Positions 26,096 through 40,349 of a DNA stretch of 64,000 bases are shown here, one piece after another. Made by a program: the position numbers and the translations under genes. Source of the stretch: Octopus sinensis (lineage: Eukaryota); the NCBI RefSeq assembly GCF_006345805.1, contig NC_043002.1, forward strand, positions 102,362,001 through 102,426,000, given 5' to 3'. The notes beneath the pieces were generated by a model, which was given only the letters and a program-made list of their open reading frames with translations, searched no databases and was not told the DNA's origin. The number at the start of each line of letters is the position of its first letter. Within the stretch, counting starts at the first letter, position 1.

Positions 26096-29000
26096 TATAT
26101 GAAATCGTTAGACTGTTATAACTGATAAATTGATGGGTACAATAACGGTCTGCGTTTCCGTAGGCGCCTCAAGTGTAAAGTTTTACACCATTCTTCTTAG
26201 ATATATTGAAATGAGAATAAAAAAACGTATTCAGGTCGATTTTATTGTCTACAAATTTATACATAAGCAGTAATCTGTGATTCTGACTATTGGAAGAAGC
26301 TTATTCATATTAGAAATGTAGGGTCTGGTAATATCGATAGAGGATCTAGCTGGTTAATTGTTTGGTTGAATGTTATTGTCCTTTATGGTTAGATTTAAAT
26401 CACCCCTGACCTCGCGGCTCCGATCATACAGGTGAGAGCAGTTTCTTTTACATTTCTCTCAATCTGAAGCACTTTTCTAGACTTTTACCATTTTTTATCG
26501 AAGCCTTAACGCATTTTGTTAGATCCATCGGATGCATTCAAAGTGACACTGGAGTACAAATATACGAAACCCAATATACCCATCATGACTACCCGTCTTA
26601 TAAGTGTACACCAGGCACATTTATCTCAGCCAGATGTGTGCGACATGGTGATCTCATATCAAGATAAATAGCCCATGACCTTGCAGGTGAGGCCTAGTTA
26701 GAATCTTCGTCAGGTCGAATAGCCCATCTCGATCAAGAGATCGCCGAATAAGGATTGTTTAAGTGTATTGAATGAAACACCCATAGCTCAAGTGGAGCAT
26801 TTTAAAACTTCAAAGCGAAAAAGAATTTCTATCAAAACATGGCGCTATGATGATCCCCCACTACTCAACTGCTTAAGGTCAAGCAGCTGACTCGCTAATC
26901 TGGGATACTGAGCAGAATATTTACTGCAGTCCAGCTTTTATCCCAAGACAAAACAATGTACATGATATAACTCCTAATCAGTTAAGATCAGAAGCCAAGA
27001 GAGCCACTGTCTGGTACTGCATCACAGCATTGATTATCCTTTGATATGTTTTACAGTAGCAGTTTTTGTTTTGCTTTCTATGAATTGTAAATGATTTGGG
27101 GTCTGCCCTTCTTTCCTTTGAGCCTGTAGAGTTTTGTATTAAGGAAACTTTCAGTATTAATTTAAGTAGTTAAAAAGACCGCATTGAAATATTTTTTGGT
27201 ATCTATACTGCTTTATTGCCTGAAATGTCTATCATACATGCAGCAGTTGTTTCTGTTTTTGGAGTGGGTGTATTCGTAGATTCCTTTTTCTAGTATCTAG
27301 AAATTTTAAAAAATGACTGGAAGGAAACAGCATAGATGATATTTTTGTATTTTTCAGCAGAAAACCTTAATTAAGTACAGTTAAAGTTGCTGGTTTGAAT
27401 TAAGATAGACTTGCAGAATATTTTATTGGCTAGACAAAAGGAATACTTTACAAGTGATACACCGCCAACGTATACGGAATCTGGTTTAATTGGGAATTAA
27501 GGTAGATTATGACCAAGTATGTGACAAAAAAATATCAAAGTCATGTCATTACCGCGCCAAGGCTAATGAAATACAAAGATATAATAACGAAACGAAATCC
27601 AGCTTATTGGAGAATTAAAGAGATTATTGTCATACGATTTCAACGACAAGAGATTGCTGAGGGCGACAAGAATAAAATAAACATGTTAAACATAAAGTAA
27701 AGTGTATTTTGAAAATGATGTAGTGTGTTTGGATTTCATTATTGTAGTTTACATTTCAGTTATACAAGAAATTTTTAAACGGTCCAAAATACCGCATCAC
27801 TGAAATCGGATCAAAACTAGCAAGCCAACCTCGAAGCAGTACAAGCAATTACTATGCAGCGCTATATTATACACTTGTACGCAGTTCTCTTCAATGTGAA
27901 ATATACGATGAGTTTTTTCAGCGATGTATTATTTTATCACTGCATTCAGTATTGGTTCTTGCAATTCTTTGTGATTTGGATTCAAGTGTGATTACTGGCA
28001 ATATTGTAGTTGCAATTTAAACTAAACCGTTCATGTAAAATACAGTATATGCACTCTCCTCCCCGCAAAAATCAACAAACTATTTACAAGTATTGAGTTC
28101 CAGTTGATGAAAAAAGCCGTGTTGTATATCGAAGAAACACCAGCTCCTATGTATGACGAGTCTCTCAAACAATATTATTTATTAAATAATTATCTACTGA
28201 AGTTATTCTTCTTTCTATTTCTAATACTTTACTGTCAAGGCAAAGTGATTCTTTCTCTCAGGTTCAGAGATCTTAGCTGTCTTAAATGCCAAATTATTCA
28301 ATCATAATTTTCTAAAGTGACTCAGTGACCCAGTCTTCACCAATACCCAAATTCAAATCAATTCTTCCCCCAGGACAGCATTAAGAATTATGTGAATTCC
28401 GGCAAATCCTTTTCGCTCTAACCTAGCACCCAGACCAACAAAACTGTTACAGAATTATAGTGGATTCCCAAGTGAAGCTTTGTGAACTGCAGAGGTTCCA
28501 GAGTAACCGAGACACCGAAACCTCCTCGGCGCCTGCGACATCCTTTTCCTTATGTGTACATAGTGGCTTCTCGCTCGTTTTCTTTCCTAAGGCTATACAT
28601 CTCTAACATTTAACCAGTTCTTGTATTTGTCTTCTAATTTCAAATAGATATCGCAGATGACAGTATGAAATATTTTGTTGCAATTGTCTTATATTTATAC
28701 AAGTAGGTCGTCAAACAATTCATTTGATACTTTGAGAATGAACCATAGATGTGGAAAATGGCTACGATTCTATTGACAATATTGAGGCACTTATAACCTC
28801 TCATAGTTTTACTATCATGATTTGATGTTTAACGCAAATACTTTATCAACTATCAATTACTGTTCTTTGAGTGATTTATTGATACTTGTTCTATAGAAAT
28901 ATATGACAATACAACTTACTACTTCAAATCCTTAAGGTGTGATTGTGTCCCAATTGGTTTCATAGGTACCATGGCCGTAAATTTTATATTTCGCCATTTA

Positions 29001-29699
29001 TTTGGCGAAATTTATCATAGGTGATACTCGTTGTTAAGTCTATTTACATTCCTTGTTCGTATATATGTTACCGAGATAATTTGAGGACGCCTCTCTTCGT
29101 ATGTCCTGAGATGAAACTAATAGGTTGGGTAGTTTGGTTATGAAGAATAATAGACATTTGAAGAAGGACACTTTGAGAGACGGTGTTCAGAGTAGTCTCT
29201 TCACGCACCGACACCCAATGTTTTTCGCTTTCTCTTCGGTTTCAGGTCATTTGATTTATGAAACAAACCGAAAAGCCCATTACATCTTGTCTTCATCAGC
29301 TATTCACTGCTATGACGGGCAGATGTGGAATACTCTTCGCTCTGGAATTGCCTTTGGTGAAAACACTCACGTGCCGTTACCATGCATTGCGTGCATGGCA
29401 ATATCAAGATTATTACGGATTAAGACAGAAAGTCAATGTCTTATCCATGGAGCCGGAAAATATGATGAATGAAATCTATGTAACATTGGTTCATCATAGA
29501 ATCAGTTTTTGACAGGTTTGTCAAGGAAGCTAAATTGTCACATTTGCAGAGAGTGTAATTGTCCATATCTACACTCTAACAAATTTATATGGTATAGCTT
29601 GCTTTCTATTCTGAAGGCTATACATGCACATGTCCCACAACAGCCTACAAAGCGACCTCTTTTATCGTTATTGAGAAGATAGTTCTACAGTATCTTCCG

Positions 29700-30460
29700 G
29701 GTTAGAATGAAAGTTAAATCCCAGATGCGGCGAGTGAGACGCAATTTTATTTTAGACCTAACATAGGCAATGCTAAAGTTAGATTCTTTTAGGGAGAGAA
29801 ATCTATAGAGAGGCATAAAGAAAACATCAAGTGTAGGGAAGATTCTAGTTGATCGATAATATCAGTATCTTCGACATAAGTTGAAAGGTTCTATGGAAGA
29901 TTACAGCAATATGGATGGACAGAAATTTGTATAAATTATGGAGGTTCTTCATAAACAATATTGACCGTGTCCTGATAGCAAATAGCTGAAGAAATTATTT
30001 GAAGTGTTTGTGGGATTAAAGTAAGAAAGCACACTTTCTCCACGTCATCTAATATTCTCCCAGGACGACAGCACAACATTAATATCTTCCATTTTAATCA
30101 AAGTTAATACGAAACAAGAGATACGAAAATGGGGAAGTATTTGTTGAAATATACAACAACTTCTTTACTGAATAAGAAAGCGAACACCTCAACTGATCTG
30201 AAGTCGCTCCCATCACATTTTGTGTCCCTAATAGGAAATTGATTATTGGAAGAGAACAATGGAGCGCAGTAACAACTGGATGGGTTGGAGGACTAAGAAA
30301 TCTACAGCAATGAGGCGATTACAAAGCCGTTCTTACATAGTTGCAAAATATACCTCCAGAACTAGGTCTTCAAACATAGAATATCCAAGGAGTTTTGTAG
30401 ATCCATCAATGCAACGGTTTATACATCATATTAGACACATCTTCCCGAGACATCCATTGG
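29700..30460 (+). mobile_element. Possible old LINE ORF2 remnant
   Basis: Purine-rich, heavily decayed frames with linker-like fragments (e.g. YNNFFTE); no intact motif. Confidence 0.3.
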
Positions 30461-30709
30461 TATAGTTGCATAAAAGGAAAAGATTCCTCGATGACATACA
30501 ACATTGCATCGATGAACTAAATGGGTAGCAGTGAGACTGGATGAAGGAAAGACTGAACGATTAAAAGAGATTCCACATATATAGAGTATGTATAAACATA
30601 AACCACACACGCATATACACAAGTACATATATAGGTATATAGATGCGCAGAGATGAATACAGCGCCTTCAGATCAATTTATATATGCGTATGTGTGTGTA
30701 CATGTATAT

Positions 30710-30752
<43 letters not shown>

Positions 30753-30902
30753 ATTTTTCTATCTATCTATCATTTTGTGTCTGATGACGGAACATGCCAT
30801 ACTTTAGGATATCCCAGAAGCAGATGTAAGATTTTGAATTTCTTCCTATGATTATATTTTAAGATTTTTGCCTTGGTTTAATGTTTGGTGTCCGGTTTAA
30901 CA

Positions 30903-30936
<34 letters not shown>

Positions 30937-31224
30937 CACACACACACATAGATGTCGCAATTCAGTATGTCCAAATGTTGAAGCCAGACACATTTATGTC
31001 TTCACGGTTGCATTTCACTTCATATAACTCTAGCAACTTCACTTCCCAGTGGATCGACATTCTCATTTGTCAAAACTTATGATCCTTCCCTAACAAATAA
31101 GAGGATTAAGCTGTGCAAACTCGAATAAAATTTTTGTTACATACTTAATAAATCAATACTAAAACATTCTCATATAAGTGTATGGTTATATATATGCATA
31201 TGTGTCTAAGCGTGTATGCATATC

Positions 31225-31262
<38 letters not shown>

Positions 31263-31298
31263 TATATCTGCATATGTGTCAAAGCGTGTATGCATATC

Positions 31299-31341
<43 letters not shown>

Positions 31342-31939
31342 CTAAATGCTTCTCAGGAGTAAATTGTATGAAATAATCTCACATATTTAGATATATGTGT
31401 ATGTATACGCGCACGTATACATTTTTATGTACTGACATGTATATTCACATATACACATATTCATATGTACATACATATATCCATATACACAGTCATAGAC
31501 ACACAAAGATACATACATATATATACGCATGTATAGAGAAACCGACATACATATCCCAAAAGAGTGATGCTTTCACGACTCGCATCTATTTGAAACGATG
31601 TAATTTTTTCCCATCCCCAGCAGACGTCTGTTAAGAATTTCTAGTCACATGTTATTACAGATCAGTGCTAATACAATTGATCAATGACCTCTACTTACTC
31701 GATAGTCGAATGCTATTGTTCTATTCAACCAGATTGTCTGCATATTGCAATTACATTTTGAAAAACAGTAATTTTATCTTTTGGCTAAATTTGGAGACAA
31801 TTCTCGGTTTTTATGAGATATTTATTTCTATAATAATATTATATTTCTTTTGAGGACTGATAGGTGGTCGGTTCATCTTTTTATGTTATTTATAAGGGTT
31901 TCATTAATTCTTAGAAATATCAATATTTTAGCAATGCCA

Positions 31940-32090
31940 ACGTGTGTCGGTTAAATCACGCGTCCTAGCGATTAGAGAGTTGCAATCACGAACTGGTTTC
32001 GATTCCCAGACTGGCCGGTCGGTGTTCTTCATTAACACATTTCATTAGATGTTACTCCAGTCCTGTCACTCGAAAATGAGTTGCACTAAA
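31940..32090 (+). mobile_element. Degenerate tRNA-derived SINE
   Basis: GGTTTCGATTCCCAGACTGG B-box region as in family A, followed by a CORE-like TGCTCCAGTC-type segment. Confidence 0.55.
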
Positions 32091-32254
32091 ATTTGGGAAG
32101 TTAAACGTGTGACAGAACGGTGTCACGTTCAAGGGGCCTCCATTGGATCTCTGTCAATTATCCGCCATTGAAACAGCATATAGATCCTTCAACAGGATAG
32201 TCCTAATATTGATTTGGGGAGGATAAACCGATTATAACGACCCTAGTGTTCAAA

Positions 32255-32395
32255 GGGTAGTTATTTTATTGTCTTAAGAAGGATGAAAGATAAAATCGGC
32301 CTCGGCGGCATTTGAACTCGGAACATAAAGACGGACGAAATGCCGCTAAGCATTTTGACCGGCATGCTAATAATTCTGCCGGTTCATCGCCTTAT
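32255..32395 (-). mobile_element. SINE (family B/C head)
   Basis: GGATGAAAG...CTCGGCGGCATTTGAACTCGGAAC...GACGAAATGCCGCTAAGCATTT...CTGCC matches the copies at 57908 and 63091. Confidence 0.85.
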
Positions 32396-32454
32396 AAACA
32401 GTCTTTTCGGGGCAGAGGGAAAATGAATTAAAAACCGAATCTAATCCTTAGCTA

Positions 32455-32590
32455 CTGCTTCTTTTATCTACCCCGAAAGGATGAAGACAAATTCGAGCTC
32501 GGCAGAATTTGAAGTCAGAACGAAAAAGACGGAAGATGCATTTCAGCAGCTTTAATGTTGTGGTAATATCTGTCAGCTCACCAACTTAAA
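32455..32590 (-). mobile_element. Degenerate SINE (family B/C)
   Basis: ACCCCGAAAGGATGAAG...CTCGGCAGAATTTGAAGTCAGAACG. Confidence 0.75.
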
Positions 32591-33199
32591 ATGTGTCAAA
32601 ACATCAAAATCAAAATTAATGAATACATTTTCAATCCTTTTTTTCTTTTATTTACTTACTAGGTTGCTATTGTCATTGCCATTACTGTTCCCCTTCAGAT
32701 TTCTCCTTCTGTACTACAAACATTTTATCCGTGATCATCCAGAACATGTTAAAATGCAGTGAATGTATTTTCATTAATTTAAACATAGGGAAGCAAAGAA
32801 ACATATGGAATAGACACAATGACAAGCGTCTCCACTTCTGAAATGATATCACATCAGTTTCGTAGGCAAGCATGTGGCCGATCTCAGAATCTCAACTACT
32901 CGTTTCTCGCAGAAATTTCATGCCCCCTTGGCGAAGTAGCTAAAAATGTTACGTTTGGTCATTCTCTTAAACGAGATTGATATTCCCACAGGTTCTACGT
33001 AATATGTGTGTGTGTGTTTATGTCATTATTCAGTTTCTTTCAAGATATTTTGCCAAAAGAGAAAGAACTGGATTCTAACCTAGACCCATGGTATTTCAAC
33101 ATCAATAAGAATGTATTTTCGTATGTACGTGCAGATTTGTATGTCTTATGTATATATTCTCATGCATATAGTTGCATATCTAGACATGCTCATATATAT

Positions 33200-34460
33200 T
33201 TAAATGATAAATTTCAGGTAAGTTTTACAAATTTTTACACTTCCAGCGATGGACTGGATCTGTAGTCTTCGACTTAGCCTTTCTCCTTTTGGAAAGCTTA
33301 ATTTCTCAAGATTGGTATTTAGGCAGTGTGTTACACATCTCAGGGCCCCAATAATTACAGGTATAAGCCAGAACTTGTAATCAGGATACAGTAACTGCAG
33401 ATTTCTCAATAGTTCAGCATAGGTGTTCTCTTTTTCACTGATCTTCAGCATAATGTTAACATCCAATGTGCGCAGTTTCTCTTCTCTATCCCAAATCATT
33501 ACATCAAGTCTGTTTTGTTTACATTTTATTGAGGACTTCAATGGTACATTCCACCAGTGTTCCTTTTTATTATGAGTGGCTGTGGCTTCTACCATTTTGT
33601 GGGGTTTTATTTCTTTATCCTCGGTATTATCCTTCCGACGGATTTCATAGAGCTTCCTAGCTACAACCTCATGTCTCACCGGTAGATATTACCATGAATA
33701 TATTTCCGGACAACTGCTCATGATGTGGGTAATATCTTCAGGGTGAACTCCACAAAGTCTACATCGGTTGTCACATATTATGGCCTTTTCTGCATTTCTA
33801 TCTCTTTTGTGCATCAGGTTCTAGGTTGATATTTCCTGTTTCTGGATTGCAAACGTGTATCCTTCAAAGTGGACGGTAGTAATCCGATTTTTGGTTCATG
33901 ATAGACTGTTTTGATGATCAATATTACTATAATCACGGAGCTTTCTACTAACATATCTATGCATAGTCTTCTGTTCATATAGGCTAATCTTTTCATCTAA
34001 TGATCCGTTGCGGTAGAGTTTTGCGATTTCTTTGGGCATGTATTCTAGGTTATCGGGCAAAGAATGTTGTTAAAGGAGCTACCTTCCAAGTCGTCTTATG
34101 ATGTTATCAGTCTCATGTATGCAAATTTGGTCGAGGGATGCACTTCGACACCTGGTGGTTAGATGTTGCCGAAGGAATATGATGCGACATTCAAAGATAT
34201 TTTGGATTCATGTTAAACCTCTCCACCTTGTTTTCGTTTTAGGTAGAGGTGATCTACGTCACTGTTTATGTGGAAATTATGTCTGATTGTCAGTATTTTT
34301 CGGGTTTTCACATCAATGGCTCGGATCTCATGAAGCGTCCAATCAAGCAGCCTAAATGTTGGTATGAGTACTGGCACTGCAAACGTACTGTGGGCTACTG
34401 TTTTATTGAATGCAGAGAGTTTTGAGGTCCAAATTTTCTGCATTCAGCTGTAATCAAATC
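33200..34460 (-). mobile_element. R4/Dong-like non-LTR retrotransposon 3' fragment (RT thumb, CCHC finger, restriction-like endonuclease)
   Basis: NKTVAHSTFAVPVL...IDVKTRKILT...SDVDHLYLKRKQGG; CRLCGVHPEDITHIMSSCP; RHEVVA...WWNVP...NRLDVMIWD...IPVIIGAL. Confidence 0.9.
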
Positions 34461-35529
34461 GTTGATATCCACGCGGGAGAGGATCAAGCATTAAATATTC
34501 AAAAGCCTAAACCTGGATATGTGGACTTTCTAAACTTTATATTTTATTTTTTGTGCTTTTGAATGTATTAATTCTTTCCGTTTCCTCGTCTGTTTTTCTC
34601 TATTATTTTGGTGCTGTACGGTGGTTTAATTAAGACTTTAGCACTTATTTCTAAGAGGTGTATCATACGCTACATATGTTCGATGAACTATATATATTCT
34701 ATGATGTAAAATATTTGCATAGTGGACCAGTTTCGATTCTGCTAATCGCTGCCGAGAGGCTAGATATAACAAAGAACGAAATATGCATCTTTTGCTTGTT
34801 TTTGCCTGTTAAATCTTATTTGTTTCTATCTAAAAACCAAAGGAAATTACTATTATTCCCTTGAATCTTTGCTTTTATGACTTATTTTCCATAACATTTC
34901 AGATAGATTCGGCGACGAGTTGCTGAAGAAGAAATATTCTGCTCAATACCGCAGATTTGCATATCGGTTGCATGACCTTAACCACTTGTGCATGTCCCTT
35001 AGTGAAAATATGTGCATTTATGATGATGAAGAATAGCAGGGGAGCATCACATCTATTAGTTGAGAGAGATTCTTTGAGGATTTGAATAAATGTAACAAAA
35101 GCAAAGTTTGAATGAAATATTCGCCAATTTTCATACTTTCTCGCGGTAAGACAATAGAAATAATTGTTGCTACTCAAGGACAAACATCGTGTGGCACATG
35201 TAATGTTGAGGTTTCATGTTATCATGAGAAATGTTCATTCCATGTTAGTAGAAATTCAGTAATTCAGGCCTTTAATATTCAGATGCAGATTTTAGAGTAA
35301 GAGAGTAGGGTCTTCTCATCCAAAATCGATGAATTTCGCTTCAATATCATTTAGTTGTTTTTCCCCAAATGCTTTACACAACAACCAATGACATTTATAA
35401 GTGTATGGCATGTTTTGGCACTGCCAGGTTGGCGCCGCTTCATTCACCGCTCATTTATTTTACAAACATTTTAATATTTCTATTTCCCGCTCTCGGTCTC
35501 ACTCTTTCTCTTCTCGCTCTTTCATTGTG

Positions 35530-35562
<33 letters not shown>

Positions 35563-36275
35563 TGTGTGCATGTTTACCTTTATGTAAGTGTGGTATGAGG
35601 AAGTTCTCATATCAATTAATAAATTGTAATGTCTGATTCTTCCTTAATCCCTCTCGCATGCATTTTCTCCTCTATTTACATGTGTATATTTATCAGAACA
35701 CATAAATGAATGTGTGTGTGTGTGTGTGTGTGTCTATTTCTCCAATTCAACAAAACACTCCTGCCAAAGCAGTTTCTCTGCCTAGTTCGCTCTGCCAGCT
35801 CACCAGCGCCGAAACAGCCACCCACAATTCTCTCTATGTTCGCAACGTTACGATGAATAATGAACTGCAGCATTCGTATCGTACAGAACGTTGTACTAAA
35901 CTAGGTTCCATTTCATTTTCCTTCAATTTCTTTTATGTGTAAGGGTTAAGCATGGCTGTGAAATCTATTAAAACAGGGAAGATCTCTTCCAACATAATCT
36001 GTTCCGATTTTGGTAATAGATATCTCTTTCTCCCCAAGCACTTTCTTCCTCTCTCTCACTTTCTCTCTCTATTTATCTGTCTCTCTCTGAATACATGCAT
36101 ATTTATATACCTATAAACCTACGAAGATACACACATCCAGACACGAAAATAATATTTTTGGGTGGATCCTTGATCAATCCAAATTTTATGGATTTATAAT
36201 ATTTATATGAATATGCTTGCTAAAACATATTTACTAATGTTCAGTAAAATTTATGTCCGGGTAAAAAAACATTTT

Positions 36276-36323
36276 TGTATGCACTTACATACTTACATAT
36301 ATATATATATAAGTATGTAAGTG

Positions 36324-36329
<6 letters not shown>
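36276..36329. repeat. Short perfect hairpin, 20-bp arms and 14-nt (CA/TA) loop
   Basis: TGTATGCACTTACATACTTA / TAAGTATGTAAGTGCATACA. Confidence 0.9.
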
Positions 36330-36366
<37 letters not shown>

Positions 36367-36914
36367 ATATGCCTCGATTTGTTTTGATGATTAATTTTGT
36401 TTGCACCAAGTTTTAGCTGTTTCTCTTCCTTCTTTTACTATGCATACATACATACATGCGTGCATACACACACATACATATAAGCTCAATATTTTGTTTA
36501 TTCTATGGAAACTGTAGGTATTGGATGCTGAATATGTTTATCTTGTTTGTAAATCCTACAACGCTAGCTTACAAACTCTCGGGCACACGCACAAACAGAC
36601 ACACATACGCACACATCTGTAAGCATCCACACGTATATATTCACATGTACGTACCCACATATAACATATCTTGAATATGTTTTAATGTCTTGCAAAATAT
36701 ATATGAAAATATTTTTCTAGAACAGATTTAGATTAAATCTTTTTTCCCCCCCTTAAAAAAAAAATGTCTGGTATATCTGAGAAATATTTTAAACACACAT
36801 TTGTTAAGTTTTATTTTTTTCCTCATGTGTTCGTGATTTTTGAGCAGTTGTCAAATGTGTAGCGAATATATATTAACAACCATTCCTGTTGAAGTTATGA
36901 TGCAGTTTCTTTAT

Positions 36915-37050
36915 ATGATAGACAGAGGCATGCGATTAAGAAGGTAGCTTATTGATCATTTCTTTCAGTGTTCAATCCCACTGCGTGGCATAGTGGACAA
37001 GCGTTTTCTACCTTAGCTTTGGGTAGATCAAGACTCTGTGGCTAAAACTT
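36915..37050 (+). mobile_element. Degenerate SINE head (family D)
   Basis: GTTCAATCCCACTGCGTGGCA...GGACAAGCGTTTTCTAC resembles 46531-46650. Confidence 0.6.
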
Positions 37051-37062
37051 TATAGATTGAAC

Positions 37063-37474
37063 CTCTTTTACTCTTTTTCTTGTTTCAGTCATTTGACTGC
37101 GGCCATGCTGGAGCACCGCCTTTAGTCGAGCAAATCGACCCCTGGACTTATTCTTTGTAAGCCCAGTACTTATTCTATCGGTCGCTTTTGCGAACCGCTA
37201 AGTTACGGGGACGTAAACATATCAGCATTGGTTGTCAAGCAATGTTAGGTGGGACAAACACAGACACACAAACATATACACACACACACTTATATATATA
37301 TACATATATACGACTGGCTTCTTTCAGTTTCCGTCTACCAAATCCACTCACAAGGCATTGGTCGGCCCGGGGCTATAGCAGAAGACACTTGCCCAAGATG
37401 CTACGCAGTGGGACTGAACCCGGAACCATGTGGTTGGTTAGCAAGCTACTTACCACACAGCCACTCCTGCGCCT
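37063..37474 (-). mobile_element. Full-length tRNA-derived SINE (family D, internal microsatellite)
   Basis: Reverse complement of the 46531-46907 structure: TGGCTGTGTGG head, GGTTCAGTCCC B box, CORE-like CTTGGGCAAGTGTCTTC, and GCTCCAGCATGGCCGCAGTC tail. Confidence 0.92.
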
Positions 37475-39459
37475 ACTGTGTAAAACCTGTCAAGATTAAA
37501 ACACCTTATCGCGTATGATTTAGTTGCTGCCCCGACTTCTCTCGTGGACTTCGCTAATATTCCTTTAGCACTATTATTATAGTCTACTCACCTCTAATGC
37601 GTCTTTTTAAGGATGTGCCTGACACTCTTATGAAATTTCTACCGCCAACTGAGGAGAAAACAAATGTCATTTGGTAAACTTACCAACTCTTTTGCAATCT
37701 GAGTTCAAATTACGTGGAGGTCAAATAGATACAGCGACATGCTTTCAAATGATGATTCGTTCTCTTCTCTTTCTTACTAAATCTTCAAGAAGAGGCAGAA
37801 TCCGTGATATTTGCGTGCTATCCGGCCGAGATATTGCTGTTAATCCCTCGTTCAAACAATTACCAGCCATATCTACAGGCATGCTGTAAGTTGTCTTCGT
37901 AAGCGTTGTCGGTTTCAAGGATGCCACATTCGTTTGTAATTAGCCAAGTAGCAGATGTCTATGGGGTTTAAACATCATAGATCAAAATTTAAGAAGAACG
38001 AACATCCTTTAACTATAATCTCTCCTTAAGATAACCAACTTTGCTCATGATTAATCAGGAGCTGATTCACTTCAACAAATAAAGGAGCAATATATAATAA
38101 TTATCCAATCGAATCATAATCTTCGTTTTCAAACATCACATTCACCTATAGGAAGCATTTCATATCACACACTAAATTATGTCCTCATTATGTTGATGCG
38201 CTCCTAGCTCGAACTACGAGCACCGAAAAATTAAATTGGCACTAAAGGATTAGAAGATCGTAACCACAAGCAAAGTGAAGGACAAATTCATAGGTTTGCA
38301 GCTGGCCATGCTCACGAACCAAGTCCATGCCGGGTAAGCAGTAAATTGCAGTTGTCTTATTGCTTCAGACAACATTGCAAGGAAAGAATGACTGCTATGA
38401 GGTAACTTACGGTGGTGGACTGGCAGAATCGATCGCATGTCGAATCAATTGCTTAGCAGCATTTCTTCCGCTTCCCTCCTGTCTGAGTTCAAAATCTTAT
38501 CAGGATCCAGAAAATGAAGGACCAGCCAAGTACTGGAGTAAATGCAATCGAAGTGCAGCATCCACCACCACGACCGTCCTATTTTCAGCATTTCTATTAT
38601 TGATACCCGAAATGGAGAGGGGTACCGTTCAGAGAAAATGATGTAATCTCCGTTAGTTACTCGACATGGAAACCGTGTAACCGTCATTCTGAGACCTAGG
38701 GCTCGAGAAGAAATGGTAGAAGCATAAATGTTGACGTGTGTCACCAGTGTGAGTGCTGAAGAAAACTTTGCAAGTGATGTTGGGCTGAATTGCAACATTC
38801 GTTGCCGATTTACCAATAAGACTTCCTTCATTATTCATTACAACAGATTCGAACAGACGCTTATATGGTATTCGAAGAACTTTACTCTTAGTTTCCACAT
38901 ATGTTTTCCGCAAGATTCGATCTTCAGTCGTTAAGAGACTCTTCCTAACACATTTTCCCCCATTCTACCGATCATTCAATCAATTGCCATAAAAGATACA
39001 GATAATTTGACGTAGATACATGAAACTCTTGTGTTTTAATTTATAATTTTGATAATTTGTCTGAGATAACGTAAACCATCGTTAGTTCAATGCGTTCAAA
39101 CAGATGGAGATCTATTATTTTTTTTTCCTCGGAATTGGCTTATACAATTTATTCAAAAATCTCATTAGCTGAACACCGTACGTCATTTCATTGCTATATA
39201 CCGCAGGCATCGAATCCTAGATTAAAAAAAGAATATGCTGAAAGGAACTAACAATGTTTCCTATTATTTGTCAAATTTATTTGGTGTAGTAAATATTGTT
39301 TGCATTTATATATAACAGATATAATGGTCTTTGAATACACATCATTACATAAGATGCATATGATTGCAAATATGTATACGGAGACGTACAGGCTTATACG
39401 ATTCATATATAGACATACGTGTGATTGTGTGTATGCATCTATATGTATACTTGTGTGTG

Positions 39460-39522
<63 letters not shown>

Positions 39523-39930
39523 TATTATTCAATATGCTTTGCTTGTTTTTAAGAATATCTACTAATTTAATTTTTTTACATCTTGAATGAAAATGCTGTT
39601 CCCTTCAAGGTATTTCAGACGTTGAGACAATTTGCCCAGCCTCTTCCTCTTAAGTGAATATATCGTTATTTAGATATAAGAAAGTTTAAATAATTCACAG
39701 AAGATGAAGTAAGCTTAAAGTTAGCATATAGAAGTTGCAGAAAGTGCAATTCATATCTAACAGAATTATATAACGCTTGAAGTGAATAAAGATAACCGTA
39801 AATATGAGAATATGTGATATAAAAATGCAACTGATCGGATCGTTGTTGGATTTGACGGGAGAGTATTAGAGTTTAAATATATATGAAAAGCTGGTGAGTA
39901 AAACTAACGACGAGTTAGGTTTACGGTTTA

Positions 39931-40080
39931 AAATATACTCTCCAATAAATTGATATGAGTACATCTATTAATAGGTCTATATATTTTTTCAAATACCATT
40001 TATCAAATTCTATCTGAAAACTCATATATCTTGATCACTATTTTTAATGATAGTTCCCATTATTTAGATTTATTTGTTTC
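39931..40080 (+). repeat. Direct repeat copy 1 (partner 45048-45220)
   Basis: AAATATACTC..ATAAATTGATATGAGTAC...GATCACTATTTTTAATGATAGTTCC; roughly 80% identical to the partner by eye. Confidence 0.85.
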
Positions 40081-40349
40081 AATCATTAGAATATGGCTAG
40101 GCGGGACACCGTCTTGAGCCTGGATTCTGGGGAATTGATACTATAGTGTTCCTCAAGAATCAGATTTAACAATATTCAAAACAATTCTGGTGTATGAAAT
40201 ATAAATACAGCTAATAAAATTATGGTAGAAGATGTAGTTTAGTTAATTAAATGTAACACAAAATTCTAGAGTGAAATACAAATTAGAGTGTAAATGTCAT
40301 TCTTTCTCAATTCCTCTTTCTCTCTCGTTCCACTTCTTTCTCTCTATAT

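Noticed and set aside
26545-27030. Segment that looks like an interspersed repeat seen in octopus genomes (similarly 18790-19070)
   Set aside because: Single copy in this window with no diagnostic motif; the identity rests only on recall.
38890-38935. Minus-strand CUGAAGA...GAAA-ACAUAUGU motif
   Set aside because: Stem II is out of register and there is no UH cleavage triplet.
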